Positions 28,485-38,425 of a stretch of 38,773 nucleotides of DNA are shown here, piece after piece. Numbering within the stretch: the stretch's first letter is position 1; every line of letters starts with the position of its first letter. Source of the stretch: a virus (lineage: Duplodnaviria > Heunggongvirae > Uroviricota > Caudoviricetes). The notes under the pieces were generated by a model. It saw nothing but the letters and a program-made list of their open reading frames with translations. It searched no databases and was not told the DNA's origin. The stretch spans positions 1-38,773 of the IMG/VR virus record IMGVR_UViG_2671180896_000005; one strand, 5' to 3'. The position numbers and the translations under genes are program-made.

Positions 28485-28840
28485 TGGCCCGTATCGGGGG
28501 AACCTGTTATTTCAAAATTGACGGTCAGCAGCTATCGCTGACCGGCGGCATTGAGGTGCCCATGAACAGGACGGTCAATGATGACATCATCGGCCTGGAC
28601 GGTTCAGTGGACCGCAAGGAAACTCACCGTGCGCCTTATGTCAAAGGGACCTTCAAGGTGCCGAAGAATTTTCCGGTGAGCAAAATCACCTCGTCTGATG
28701 AGATGACCATCACTGCTGAGCTGGCGAACGGTCAGGTCTATGTATTGTCGTCAGCCTGGCTGCACGGCGAAGCGAACCATAATGCCGAAGAAGGCACGGT
28801 TGATCTTGAGTTCCACGGTGAAGAAGGGGATTACCAGTAA
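28484..28840 (+). CDS. tail tube protein
   Basis: 118-aa ORF directly after the sheath gene (ATGA-type coupling). Confidence 0.8.
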   Translation: MARIGGTCYFKIDGQQLSLTGGIEVPMNRTVNDDIIGLDGSVDRKETHRAPYVKGTFKVPKNFPVSKITSSDEMTITAELANGQVYVLSSAWLHGEANHNAEEGTVDLEFHGEEGDYQ

Positions 28841-29109
28841 TGAAAGAGCTTGAGTTAAAGAAACCGATTACCGCTCATGGCGAGACACTCTCCGTACTGG
28901 AGTTTGATGAGCCCACCGGGAAAGATGTCCGCGAGCTGGGGTATCCCTACCAGATGAATCAGGATGAGTCCGTCAGACTTCTGGCGCATGTTGTATCGAA
29001 ATACATTGTGCGGCTGGCGAAAGTGCCGCAAAGCTCTGTCGACCAGATGTCTCCGGCAGACCTGAATGCAGCGGCGTGGCTTGTGGCTGGTTTTTTCCTC
29101 CAGGCCTGA
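28840..29109 (+). CDS. tail assembly chaperone (probable -1 frameshift extension to 29258)
   Basis: 89-aa ORF before the tape-measure gene; a -1 frame ORF (29076..29258) overlaps its 3' end across a T-TTT-TTC slippery heptamer. Confidence 0.7.
   Translation: MKELELKKPITAHGETLSVLEFDEPTGKDVRELGYPYQMNQDESVRLLAHVVSKYIVRLAKVPQSSVDQMSPADLNAAAWLVAGFFLQA
29091..29097 (+). other. candidate -1 programmed ribosomal frameshift slippery site (T TTT TTC)
   Basis: In the zero frame reads GGT TTT TTC; slipping -1 continues into ORF 29076..29258. This is the conserved position for chaperone frameshifting upstream of tape-measure genes. Confidence 0.5.
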
Positions 29110-29250
29110 CGGCTGAATACCTCACTGATCGCTTCTTTGACTGCGCCAGCTACTGGCGCATTAATCCCTTCGAATTGCTGAATATGCCGATCAGTGAAAT
29201 TCCCTTGCTGGTCAGTCAGGCAAACAGGATAGAGCAGGAGAAACGCACAC

Positions 29251-31083
29251 ATGGCTGAATTTGAGCTTAAGGCGTTGATCACCGGTGTCGACAGGCTTTC
29301 TCCCGCGCTGTCGAAAATGCAAAAGAAAATCCGGGGATTTAAACGCCAGGCGGAAGAGGCGTCACAGGGTGGGCTGGCGCTTGGTGGCGGACTGGCAGCG
29401 GGTCTGACGCTTTCCCTGAAATCTTATGCCGATCAGGAAAACGCCGCCACCGGGCTGAAAGTCGCCATGATGGATGCGAACGGCGAGGTCGGAAAGAGCT
29501 TTCAGGACATCAATAAACTGGCTATTGGCCTGGGTAACCAGCTACCCGGTACAACGGCTGATTTCCAGAACATGATGCAGATGCTGGTGCGTCAGGGGAT
29601 CCCGGCAGAAAATATTCTTGGCGGTGTGGGTAAAGCGACAGCTTATCTTGCGGTACAACTGAAAAAAACACCGGAAGCGGCTGCTGAGTTTGCTGCAAAG
29701 ATGCAGGATGCTACCGGAACGGCGTCAGAAGACATGATGGGGCTGTTCGACACTATCCAGAAGGCGTTTTATCTGGGCGTTGACGATACCAACATGTTGT
29801 CCTTCTTCACTAAAACCAGTTCTGTTCTGAAGATGGTGAACAAGGACGGTCTTCAGGCTGCACAGAGCCTTGCCCCCATCAGCGTCATGATGGATCAGAT
29901 GGGGATGAACGGGGAGTCGGCAGGTAATGCCCTGCGAAAAGTTATCCAGTCCGGATTAAGCGTTAAGAAAATCAGGGACGTCAATAAAGTTATGGCCCGT
30001 CAGAAACTCGGGGTACAGCTCGATTTTACTGACGGCAAAGGAAGTTTTGGCGGTCTTGATAACATGTTTAAGCAACTGGCAAAGCTGCGAAAACTTACCG
30101 ACGTTAAGCGAACAGGTGTACTTAAGGCAATATTTGGTGATGATGCCGAAACCCTTCAGGTGGTCAATGCGCTGATCGATAAAGGAAAGGATGGTTACGA
30201 TCAGATCCAGCAAAAGATGAATAAACAGGCCAGCCTGAATAAACGTGTTCAGGCACAGCTTGGTACGCTGTCCAACCTGTGGGAGGCAATGACGGGGACC
30301 GCAACTAACGGCCTTGCGGCTATTGGCGGCGCATTTTCTGGTGACGCCAAAAATATCACGCAATGGCTGGGGGAGTTGGGGGAAAAATTCACGAAGTTTG
30401 CGGATGAAAATCCCCGGGTTATTCGCGGCGTCGTCAGGCTTGCTGCCGGTCTTGCGATTCTGAAACTGGGATTGATGGGCGTGGGCAGTGCCATCAGCAT
30501 TGTCAGCAGGATCATGTCGATGACGCCGATTGGCATGATTGCGACGGCGATAGCCCTGGCTGCGGGATTAATTATCACTAACTGGGATGTTGTCGGACCT
30601 TATTTCAAGAAGCTCTGGGAAACCATTGGTCCTTATTTTGAGGCTGGCTGGGAACTCCTTAAGAAAGTTTTTGCCTGGTCGCCGATGGGGATGGTGATCA
30701 ATAACTGGGGGCCGGTTGTTAAGTGGTTTCAGGATATGTGGGACAAGCTGAAGCCAATTATTGAGTGGTTTACCGACAGTTCCGGTGACACGGTCGATGC
30801 CATTAACTCTGCGCAGTGGGGCGCGGGTGCTTATGATGCTTATGGGACGGGAATACCGGCACGGGGATACACTCCTTATCCGGCGGTGGATCCGGCTCAG
30901 GCAAACAACGCCTCCGATGCCACAGGCTCGAATCCCTTCATGATTAATAAAGCTACCGCGCCAAAAGTTGATGGTGAGATCAAGGTATCATTTATAAATA
31001 TGCCACCAGGTATGCGGGTTACGGAAACACGCTCCAGTGGCATTGATATAAATCACGATGTTGGCTATACCCGATTTTGGTAG
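29251..31083 (+). CDS. tail tape measure protein
   Basis: 610-aa ORF with alpha-helical Ala/Gly/Leu-rich composition and Gly-rich hydrophobic segments; position after the chaperone. Confidence 0.9.
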   Translation: MAEFELKALITGVDRLSPALSKMQKKIRGFKRQAEEASQGGLALGGGLAAGLTLSLKSYADQENAATGLKVAMMDANGEVGKSFQDINKLAIGLGNQLPGTTADFQNMMQMLVRQGIPAENILGGVGKATAYLAVQLKKTPEAAAEFAAKMQDATGTASEDMMGLFDTIQKAFYLGVDDTNMLSFFTKTSSVLKMVNKDGLQAAQSLAPISVMMDQMGMNGESAGNALRKVIQSGLSVKKIRDVNKVMARQKLGVQLDFTDGKGSFGGLDNMFKQLAKLRKLTDVKRTGVLKAIFGDDAETLQVVNALIDKGKDGYDQIQQKMNKQASLNKRVQAQLGTLSNLWEAMTGTATNGLAAIGGAFSGDAKNITQWLGELGEKFTKFADENPRVIRGVVRLAAGLAILKLGLMGVGSAISIVSRIMSMTPIGMIATAIALAAGLIITNWDVVGPYFKKLWETIGPYFEAGWELLKKVFAWSPMGMVINNWGPVVKWFQDMWDKLKPIIEWFTDSSGDTVDAINSAQWGAGAYDAYGTGIPARGYTPYPAVDPAQANNASDATGSNPFMINKATAPKVDGEIKVSFINMPPGMRVTETRSSGIDINHDVGYTRFW

Positions 31084-31111
31084 CCAGGATTCCCCTCACA
31101 TGTATTGCTGG

Positions 31112-31139
31112 TTGTAAGTCATAAATAGAGTGATAGAAT
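31112..31139 (+). promoter_or_regulatory. candidate sigma70 promoter for the tail-cluster moron
   Basis: TTGTAA (31112-31117), 16-bp spacer, TG-n-TAGAAT extended -10 (31131-31139), about 35 bp upstream of the ATG at 31175. Confidence 0.4.
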
Positions 31140-31174
31140 TAATGCACATTTAGAAAAATGTTAATAGGCGAAAA

Positions 31175-31705
31175 ATGAAAGGCTATATCACAGCAAGTGT
31201 AATTCTTGGAGCAGCGGCTATTTTTTCATCTCTCATAATCTCTGGCAACATCTCCTTTAAAGATGAACATATTATTCAGTTATCTGGAGGAGCCATAAAA
31301 CTTGGTGATGTTTATAAAGAAAATAAATTAATAAGTGCAAAGATTATTTTTCCAGATAATCAGGGTGAACAGATTCTTGTTGTCGACGGCAATCCTGAAA
31401 ACTTTAAGGAGGATTTTCAGGAGAAATTAAATAAAGTAATAAAAACTTTAAATGCGTCAAAGAAAAAAGATGAAGAGAAAGTTAGCCTGGATAATTTAAG
31501 TGTTATTGAAGAGTCTAAACTAGAGCTCGTTTCTGCGGTGCGTTACTCTGCTCAGTATGTTCCTATGTTTACTCTGACGCTGGACAAAAAAGAAATTACC
31601 ATGCCTAAAAATACGGTAATATTTCCATTTGCCAGCGATGAAACAGCTAAGTATTTAAATGAACAACAGCAAAAGTATAAAGATTCGTTGTTTCTGACTC
31701 GCTAA
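31175..31705 (+). CDS. AT-rich moron ORF: N-terminally membrane-anchored/secreted protein of unknown function
   Basis: 176-aa ORF, visibly AT-rich against GC-rich tail genes; N-terminal hydrophobic helix (ITASVILGAAAIFSSLIISG), Lys/Glu-rich remainder; own promoter-like and terminator elements. Confidence 0.65.
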   Translation: MKGYITASVILGAAAIFSSLIISGNISFKDEHIIQLSGGAIKLGDVYKENKLISAKIIFPDNQGEQILVVDGNPENFKEDFQEKLNKVIKTLNASKKKDEEKVSLDNLSVIEESKLELVSAVRYSAQYVPMFTLTLDKKEITMPKNTVIFPFASDETAKYLNEQQQKYKDSLFLTR

Positions 31706-31725
31706 TTAATAAAATTCATTACAAG

Positions 31726-31750
31726 GCCACCTTCTAATAGGTGGCTTTTT
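31726..31750 (+). terminator. rho-independent terminator after the moron ORF
   Basis: GCCACCT-TCTAAT-AGGTGGC hairpin followed by TTTTTAATTTT, 20 nt past the stop codon. Confidence 0.6.
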
Positions 31751-31766
31751 AATTTTCGGAGTATAT

Positions 31767-33095
31767 ATGACGTGGAAAGACAGACTTCAGGACGCGTCAT
31801 TTCGCGGTGTGCCGTTTAAGGTTGAAGAAGAAAGTGCGGGAACCGGTCGTCGTGTGGAAACGCACGAATACCCGAACCGCGACAAACCCTATACCGAAGA
31901 CCTGGGGAAAATCACTTTCCGCCCGTCCATCACGGCTTATGTGGTGGGAGATGACTGCTTTGACCAGCGCGATCGCCTGATTGACGCGCTGAATAAACCC
32001 GGTCCCGGCACGCTTGTCCATCCGACTTACGGTGAGCTGAAAGTCTGTGTTGACGGAGAGGTTCGGGTCAGCACATCGAAGAGTGAAGGGCGTATTGTCC
32101 GCTTTGACCTGAAGTTTGTCGAAGCGGGAGAACTCTCTTACCCCACATCAGGTGCGGCGACGGCGCAGACGCTGATGTCATCCTGTTCTGCACTGGATGA
32201 CTGCATCAGTGACAGCTTCAGCGGTTTCAGTATCGATGGCGTGGCGGATTTTGTGCAGAACGACGTCGTCGGTAATGCCAGCACAATGCTTGGGTATGTT
32301 TCTGATGCGATGAAAGTGGTGGATTCTGCCGTATCGGATGCTGCCAAGCTGTTGCAGGGGGATATCTCGGTACTTCTGCCGCCACCATCGTCAGGCAAAA
32401 ATTTCGTTGAGCAGGTGCAGAAAATGTGGCGTACCGGGAAACGCCTTTATGGTAACGCCAGCGACCTGGTCACCATGATCAAAACGCTTTCCGGTGTCAG
32501 CCTCGGCAGCGATCTGCAACCGCGCGGCGTCTGGAAAACGGACAGTAAAACCACCGCCACGGCGACGCAGCAGCGTAATGTGGTTGCCAGCACCCTTCGT
32601 ACGACCGCAATCAGTGAAGCGGCGTATGCCGTCACCCGATTGCCTGCGCCAACAACTTCCGCGGTGATGCAGAATTCCGCAGTGGGGCAGGCAACAACAC
32701 CTGCGCAGAGCACTGGCTGGCCTTCTGTCACGCATCCGGCACTGAACAATGCACCGGCGGTGAAAAACACGGTTGATCTGCCGACGTGGGAAGAACTGAC
32801 TGACATTCGCGACACACTGAATACGGCAATTGATAAGGAGTTGTCCCGTACAACCAGTGATGCGCTGTTTCTGGCGCTGCGCCGGGTGAAAGCAGATCTG
32901 AATGCGGATATCAACACGCGCCTTGAACAGTCTGCACGGATCATTCAGCGCACACCGGATGAGGTTTTACCCGCGCTGGTGCTGGCGGCGACCTGGTTTG
33001 ATAACGCGGCGCGTGACGCGGACATTATCCGGCGTAATGCCATTACGCATCCCGGCTTTGTGCCGGTGATCCCTCTGAAGGTGCCAGTGCAATGA
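31767..33095 (+). CDS. Mu gpN-like DNA circulation protein
   Basis: 442-aa ORF with N-terminus MTWKDRLQDASFRGVPFKVEEESAGTGRRVETHEYPNRD typical of Mu N-family proteins; follows the tape-measure gene. Confidence 0.8.
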   Translation: MTWKDRLQDASFRGVPFKVEEESAGTGRRVETHEYPNRDKPYTEDLGKITFRPSITAYVVGDDCFDQRDRLIDALNKPGPGTLVHPTYGELKVCVDGEVRVSTSKSEGRIVRFDLKFVEAGELSYPTSGAATAQTLMSSCSALDDCISDSFSGFSIDGVADFVQNDVVGNASTMLGYVSDAMKVVDSAVSDAAKLLQGDISVLLPPPSSGKNFVEQVQKMWRTGKRLYGNASDLVTMIKTLSGVSLGSDLQPRGVWKTDSKTTATATQQRNVVASTLRTTAISEAAYAVTRLPAPTTSAVMQNSAVGQATTPAQSTGWPSVTHPALNNAPAVKNTVDLPTWEELTDIRDTLNTAIDKELSRTTSDALFLALRRVKADLNADINTRLEQSARIIQRTPDEVLPALVLAATWFDNAARDADIIRRNAITHPGFVPVIPLKVPVQ

Positions 33096-34171
33096 ACGAT
33101 AACGTCACGCTACGGGTAAATGGCCGGGAGTGGAATGGCTGGACATCGGTGCGCATCGGTGCCGGTGTTGAACGACTGGCGCGGGATTTCAGTGTGGAGA
33201 TCACCCGCCAGTGGCCGGGAGATGAGGGTATCACCACGCTTCAGCCGCGCATTAAAAACGGTTCAAAAGTGGAAGTGCTGATTGGTGATGAGCTGGTGAT
33301 CACCGGCTGGGTGGAGGCGACGCCCGTTCGTTACGATGCCCGTTCGGTCAGCACCGGTATTGCCGGACGCAGTCTGACCGCTGATCTGATTGACTGTGCA
33401 GCCGAACCGACACAGTTTAACGGACGATCGCTGGTACAGATTGCGCAGGCGCTTGCTGCGCCCTTCGGCATTGAGGTGGTGAACAACGGTGCGCCGTCGG
33501 GTGTTATTCCTGACGTCCAGCCTGATCACGGTGAAACGGTGATTGAGGTAATCAACAAAATACTCGGTCAGCAGCAGGCACTGGCTTACGACGACCCGCA
33601 CGGCAGGCTGGTGATTGGCGGTATTGGCTCAACGCGGGCACATACCGCGCTGGTACTTGGGGAAAACATCCTTTCCTGTGATACGGAGAAGAGTATCCGG
33701 GAGCGGTTTTCAGTTTATCAGGTGGCGGGGCAGCGTGCCGGAAACGACGATGATTTTGGTGAGGCCACCACCACCGTGCTGCGGGCCCGCACAGAGGACG
33801 CATTTATTGCCCGTTACCGTCCGATGTATATCAGGCAGACAGGGCAGGCCACGGGGGCAGGCTGTATTGCGCGTGCTGACTTTGAAGCCCGACAACGGGC
33901 GGCGCGGACGGATGAAACCACCTATGTGGTGCAGGGCTGGCGACAGGGTAACGGTACGCTGTGGCAGCCCAACCAGCGGGTGATTGTCTTTGATCCGGTC
34001 TGTGGTTTCGACAATACCGAACTGCTTGTTTCGGAAGTCACGTTTACTCAGGACCAGAACGGCACCCTGACGGAAATCCGTGTCGGCCCGCCTGATGCTT
34101 ATCTGCCTGAACCCGAAGATCCCGGCGCGCTGAAAAAGAAAAAAGCCAGAGTACAGGAGGACCCGTTCTGA
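33092..34171 (+). CDS. Mu gpP-like tail/baseplate hub protein
   Basis: 359-aa ORF in the conserved Mu-like baseplate gene order. Confidence 0.75.
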   Translation: MNDNVTLRVNGREWNGWTSVRIGAGVERLARDFSVEITRQWPGDEGITTLQPRIKNGSKVEVLIGDELVITGWVEATPVRYDARSVSTGIAGRSLTADLIDCAAEPTQFNGRSLVQIAQALAAPFGIEVVNNGAPSGVIPDVQPDHGETVIEVINKILGQQQALAYDDPHGRLVIGGIGSTRAHTALVLGENILSCDTEKSIRERFSVYQVAGQRAGNDDDFGEATTTVLRARTEDAFIARYRPMYIRQTGQATGAGCIARADFEARQRAARTDETTYVVQGWRQGNGTLWQPNQRVIVFDPVCGFDNTELLVSEVTFTQDQNGTLTEIRVGPPDAYLPEPEDPGALKKKKARVQEDPF

Positions 34172-34719
34172 TGAGGGCGATTGAAACCATACAGCGACAA
34201 CTCCTCGGGCTGATTGGGCGGGCCGTGGTGAAAAGCATCAGTGCCGCCACGAAATGTCAGACCGTGGATGTGTCTCTGATTGCCGGTGAACCCAAAGCCG
34301 GGGTTGAACATCTTGAACCTTACGGTTTTACCGCAAGGGCAAACAGCGGTGCGGAAGCGGTGGTGTTGTTTCCGGATGGTGACCGTTCTCATGCGGTGGT
34401 TGTTACGGTGTCGGATCGGCGTTACCGCCTGAAAGGGCTGCAGACGGGTGAGGTGGCTGTCTATGACGATCAGGGGCAGTCCGTGACGCTGACCCGGGAG
34501 GGGATCGTGGTGGACGGTGCAGGTAAAACGATCACGTTTCGCAATTCACCTAAAGCACGTTTTGAAATGGACCTGGAAGTGACAGGACAGGTGAAAGACC
34601 TGTGCGACTCTAGCGGCACCACCATGTCAGCGATGCGGCTTGCCTATAACGGGCATTGTCACAGAGAGAACGGTCAGGGCAGTAACACCGACAAACCTGA
34701 TAAAGCGATGGAGGCATGA
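34171..34719 (+). CDS. baseplate assembly protein V / spike (Mu gp45-like)
   Basis: 182-aa ORF; position and beta-rich N-terminal domain consistent with gpV-type spikes. Confidence 0.7.
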   Translation: MRAIETIQRQLLGLIGRAVVKSISAATKCQTVDVSLIAGEPKAGVEHLEPYGFTARANSGAEAVVLFPDGDRSHAVVVTVSDRRYRLKGLQTGEVAVYDDQGQSVTLTREGIVVDGAGKTITFRNSPKARFEMDLEVTGQVKDLCDSSGTTMSAMRLAYNGHCHRENGQGSNTDKPDKAMEA

Positions 34720-35144
34720 TGGAACTGTGGCTGACGGTGAACGGTAAACGCACCTGCGCCAGCGCACCGCTGGATCCGCTGACCCGCGCCGTGGTGATTT
34801 CCCTGTTTACCTGGCGGCGGGCGGAGCCTGATGACAACGCCGACGTCCCGATGGGATGGTGGGGGGATACCTGGCCTGCGGTACAGAATGACCGTTACGG
34901 CTCCCGACTGTGGCTGCTTCAGCGCAGCAAACTGACCAATCAGCTGGTGCAGACGGTAAGGGGGTATATCCGCGAATGCCTGCAATGGATGATTGATGAC
35001 GGCGTGGTGTCCCGTATTGATCTGGATATCCGCCGCACCGGGATTAATGAACTGGGTAACAGTATCACTCTCTGGCGTCGTGACGGACCGGTAATGATTT
35101 CTTTTGATGATCTGTGGAGTGCGATAACGCATGGCGGACAGTGA
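34716..35144 (+). CDS. baseplate protein (Mu gp46 / gpW-like)
   Basis: 142-aa ORF overlapping its neighbours; conserved order. Confidence 0.65.
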   Translation: MMELWLTVNGKRTCASAPLDPLTRAVVISLFTWRRAEPDDNADVPMGWWGDTWPAVQNDRYGSRLWLLQRSKLTNQLVQTVRGYIRECLQWMIDDGVVSRIDLDIRRTGINELGNSITLWRRDGPVMISFDDLWSAITHGGQ

Positions 35145-36189
35145 ATTTCAGCGCCCGACGCTGGCAGAAAATATCAGTATGCTCCGTAACGATTTATTCG
35201 CCAGGCTGGACGTCAGCGACACGCTCCGGCGCATGGATGAAGACGTGCGGGCAAAGGTGTATGCGGCGGCGCTGCATACGGTTTACGGGTACATCGATTA
35301 TCTGGCAATGAACATGCTGCCTGACCTGTGCGATGAGTCCTGGCTGGCGCGACATGCTGCGATGAAACGGTGTCCGCGCAAGGGGGCCACGACTGCCAGC
35401 GGGTATATGCGCTGGGAAGGCGTCAGCGATGGCCTGAAGGTGACCGCCGGGAGTGTTATTCAGCGCGATGACCTGGTTCAGTACACGGCAACTGCCGATG
35501 CAACCAGCGCCGGTGGTGTCCTGCGCGTGCCGATCGCCTGCTCAAGTGCAGGCGCGGTCGGTAACGCTGACGACGGTACGTCATTAATCCTGGTCACGCC
35601 GGTTAATGGTCTGCCGTCTTCCGGCGTGGCAGACACTCTGACAGGTGGATTTGATACTGAAGATCTGGAAACGTGGCGCGCCCGCGTCATTGAGCGGTAT
35701 TACTGGACTCCTCAGGGCGGGGCTGACGGGGACTATGTTGTCTGGGCTAAAGAAGTGCCCGGCATTACCCGCGCATGGGCATACCGTCACTGGATGGGAA
35801 CGGGGACTGTCGGTGTGATGATTGCCAGCAGTGACCTGATTAATCCCATTCCGGAAGAATCAACGGAAACGGCGGCAAGACAACATATCGGGCCACTGGC
35901 CCCGGTGGCAGGCTCTGATTTGTATGTGTTCAGGCCGGTGGCGCATACGGTGGATTTTCATATCCGTGTGACGCCGGATACACCGGAAATACGGGCTGCC
36001 ATCACCGCGGAGTTGCGTTCGTTCCTGCTGCGTGATGGTTATCCGCAGGGAGAACTGAAGGTGTCGCGTATCAGTGAAGCGATTTCCGGTGCGAACGGGG
36101 AATACAGCCATCAGTTGCTTGCACCGGCGGAAAATATCTCCATTGCAAAAAATGAACTGGCGGTTCTGGGGACGATTTCATGGACGTGA
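35131..36189 (+). CDS. baseplate J-like protein (Mu gp47-like)
   Basis: 352-aa ORF of typical baseplate-J size in conserved order. Confidence 0.8.
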   Translation: MADSEFQRPTLAENISMLRNDLFARLDVSDTLRRMDEDVRAKVYAAALHTVYGYIDYLAMNMLPDLCDESWLARHAAMKRCPRKGATTASGYMRWEGVSDGLKVTAGSVIQRDDLVQYTATADATSAGGVLRVPIACSSAGAVGNADDGTSLILVTPVNGLPSSGVADTLTGGFDTEDLETWRARVIERYYWTPQGGADGDYVVWAKEVPGITRAWAYRHWMGTGTVGVMIASSDLINPIPEESTETAARQHIGPLAPVAGSDLYVFRPVAHTVDFHIRVTPDTPEIRAAITAELRSFLLRDGYPQGELKVSRISEAISGANGEYSHQLLAPAENISIAKNELAVLGTISWT

Positions 36190-36764
36190 CAAACGATGAT
36201 TACATCCGTCTGTTGTCGGCACTGCTGCCGCCCGGTCCGGCGTGGTCAGCCAGCGATCCGGCGATTGCCGGTGCGGCACCGTCATTAACCCGCGTTCATC
36301 AGCGTGCGGATGCCCTGATGCGGGAGCTGGATCCGCGCACCACCACCGAACTGATAAATCGCTGGGAGCGTCTGTGCGGCCTGCCGGATGAATGTATTCC
36401 CGCAGGAACACAGACCCTTCGCCAGCGTCAGCAACGACTGGATGCGAAGGTTAACCTGGCGGGCGGCATCAACGAGGATTTTTATCTTGCACAGCTTGCT
36501 GCCCTGGGCAGACCAGATGCCACCATCACGCGATACGACAAAAGCACGTTCACCTGCTCATCGGCCTGTACTGACGCTGTGAACGCGCCTGAATGGCGGT
36601 ATTACTGGCAGGTCAACATGCCAGCCGCCACCAACACCACCTGGATGGCATGTGGCGATCCCTGTGATTCCGCACTGCGTATCTGGGGCGACACCGTTGT
36701 CGAATGTGTGCTTAACAAACTCTGCCCGTCGCATACCTACGTAATTTTTAAATATCCGGAGTAA
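36180..36764 (+). CDS. tail protein, YmfQ/Mu gp48-like (DUF2313-type)
   Basis: 194-aa ORF immediately upstream of the tail fibre gene, as in e14/Mu-like tails. Confidence 0.7.
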   Translation: MDVTNDDYIRLLSALLPPGPAWSASDPAIAGAAPSLTRVHQRADALMRELDPRTTTELINRWERLCGLPDECIPAGTQTLRQRQQRLDAKVNLAGGINEDFYLAQLAALGRPDATITRYDKSTFTCSSACTDAVNAPEWRYYWQVNMPAATNTTWMACGDPCDSALRIWGDTVVECVLNKLCPSHTYVIFKYPE

Positions 36765-36767
36765 TCC

Positions 36768-37364
36768 ATGCATCGTATAGACACGAAAACCGCGCAGAAG
36801 GATAAGTTCGGCGCGGGTAAGAACGGTTTTACCCGTGGTAACCCCCAGACCGGCACGCCTGCCACCGATCTGGATGATGACTACTTTGACATGTTGCAGG
36901 AGGAGCTTTGCAGCGTTGTGGAGGCGTCCGGTGCCAGCCTGGATAAGGGGCGGCACGACCAGCTACTTACCGCGCTTCGCGCGCTGCTGTTAAGCCGCAA
37001 GAATCCGTTTGGCGATATCAAATCGGATGGCACGGTGAAAACAGCTCTCGAAAACCTTGGTTTGGGAGAAGGCTCTGCATTACCTGTTGGTGTGCCTGTT
37101 CCGTGGCCTTCCGCCACTCCGCCGACAGGCTGGCTGAAATGCAATGGTGCGGCTTTTTCTGCTGAAGAATACCCGGAACTGGCAAAGGCTTACCCGACAA
37201 ATAAATTGCCTGATTTACGCGGTGAGTTTATTCGTGGCTGGGATGACGGACGTGGAGTGGATAACGGAAGGGGATTATTAACGCTTCAGGACGGTGCGAT
37301 TGTCAGTCATAACCACTATTGGGGAATCTGGACTTCACGAACTAACGACCAGACTTGCGAATGA
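36768..37364 (+). CDS. tail fibre protein (constant N-terminal part + variable C-terminal part in current orientation)
   Basis: 198-aa ORF; conserved fibre N-terminus ([26 protein letters not shown]...); C-terminal motif [11 protein letters not shown]...YPELAKAYP...[22 protein letters not shown]; contains an invertase crossover-like site at codons 93-101. Confidence 0.8.
   Translation: MHRIDTKTAQKDKFGAGKNGFTRGNPQTGTPATDLDDDYFDMLQEELCSVVEASGASLDKGRHDQLLTALRALLLSRKNPFGDIKSDGTVKTALENLGLGEGSALPVGVPVPWPSATPPTGWLKCNGAAFSAEEYPELAKAYPTNKLPDLRGEFIRGWDDGRGVDNGRGLLTLQDGAIVSHNHYWGIWTSRTNDQTCE
37045..37070. repeat. DNA-invertase crossover site (gix/hix/pix-like), left boundary of the invertible segment
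   Basis: CTCTCGAAAACC-TT-GGTTTGGGAGAA: 26-bp imperfect palindrome with AAACC/GGTTT around a central TT; as I recall, close to hixL (TTCTTGAAAACC-AA-GGTTTTTGATAA). Confidence 0.7.
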
Positions 37365-37412
37365 AACACGCCCACGAAATGTCGCTTTTAACTATATTGT
37401 GAGGGCTGCATA

Positions 37413-38015
37413 ATGAATAACGCAGAATTAAACAGTGAATTAATTGCCACTATGGCAGGAGAAATTACTGTTTATAACTTTGATGTCATGAGTCGGGAAT
37501 ATATTTCAGCTTCAACTGAATATCTTGCTATTGGTGTCGGCATTCCGGCATATTCCTGTTTAGATGCCCCAGGCGCATACAAAGCTGGTTATGCAATCTG
37601 CCGATCTGCAGATTTTAACTCATGGGAATATGTGCCAGACCATCGCGGTGAAATCGTCTTTAGCACCGAAACAGGAGAATCAAAAGAAATCACAGTTCCG
37701 GGTGATTACCCTGATAATACAACCACTATCGCCCCGTTAACGCCATACGATAAATGGGATGGTGAGAAATGGGTGGCGGATACCGAAGCACAGCATAGCG
37801 CCGCAGTAGATGCAGCAGAAGCACAGCGCCAGTCACTGATTGATGCTGCAATGGCTTCCATTAGTCTGATTCAGCTGAAATTACAGGCCGGACGGAAGTT
37901 GACGCAGGCAGAAACCACCCGACTTAACGCCGTGTTGGATTACATTGACGCGGTGACGGCAACAGATACCAGCACAGCGCCGGATGTCATCTGGCCTGAA
38001 CTGCCGGAGGCGTAG
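37413..38015 (+). CDS. tail fibre assembly protein (Tfa)
   Basis: 200-aa ORF after the fibre gene with GAGGG RBS; conserved Tfa C-terminus (...LNAVLDYIDAVTATDTSTAPDVIWPELPEA). Confidence 0.8.
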   Translation: MNNAELNSELIATMAGEITVYNFDVMSREYISASTEYLAIGVGIPAYSCLDAPGAYKAGYAICRSADFNSWEYVPDHRGEIVFSTETGESKEITVPGDYPDNTTTIAPLTPYDKWDGEKWVADTEAQHSAAVDAAEAQRQSLIDAAMASISLIQLKLQAGRKLTQAETTRLNAVLDYIDAVTATDTSTAPDVIWPELPEA

Positions 38016-38424
38016 GCCATTCAATATCTGGCGCACCGGAAGTATCGATCAGCTCCAGTGCGTCCAGATAATCCAGCCACAAATTATATTGCGCCAGTTC
38101 CTCACCTTTCAGACGACCAATAGCGGCTTTACCGGGCCATTGTTTACTGTTCATGTATTCGTTGGCCTGATTAAGCAATAATTGCCTTTCTGATTCTGCC
38201 TGTTGAATAAGTTCTTCATATGATGGTGGAGGTATTAGTGCCCATGTGGGTAATCCATTTTTTCCTGCAACACGAATTTTGTCATCTGGGGGCGTATTGA
38301 TTGCAAATTCATTATAAACATCATCACTGACAGCCAGAGCATCATCTGGCCATGAATTTGCATTAATGTAATCATCCTTAAGCGCAGGATTCACAAAAAT
38401 GTTTAAAGATGGACTATAAAACAT
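37987..38424 (-). CDS. alternative tail fibre assembly protein (Tfa')
   Basis: 145-aa ORF convergent on Tfa, overlapping its 3' end; shares the Tfa C-terminal motif (...YNLWLDYLDALELIDTSGAPDIEWPTPP). Confidence 0.8.
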   Translation of the reverse strand: MFYSPSLNIFVNPALKDDYINANSWPDDALAVSDDVYNEFAINTPPDDKIRVAGKNGLPTWALIPPPSYEELIQQAESERQLLLNQANEYMNSKQWPGKAAIGRLKGEELAQYNLWLDYLDALELIDTSGAPDIEWPTPPAVQAR

Positions 38425-38425
38425 A

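Noticed and set aside
32138-32944. Minus-strand ORFs inside the gpN-like gene
   Set aside because: Antisense, overlapping one another, composition consistent with reverse frames of GC-rich DNA.
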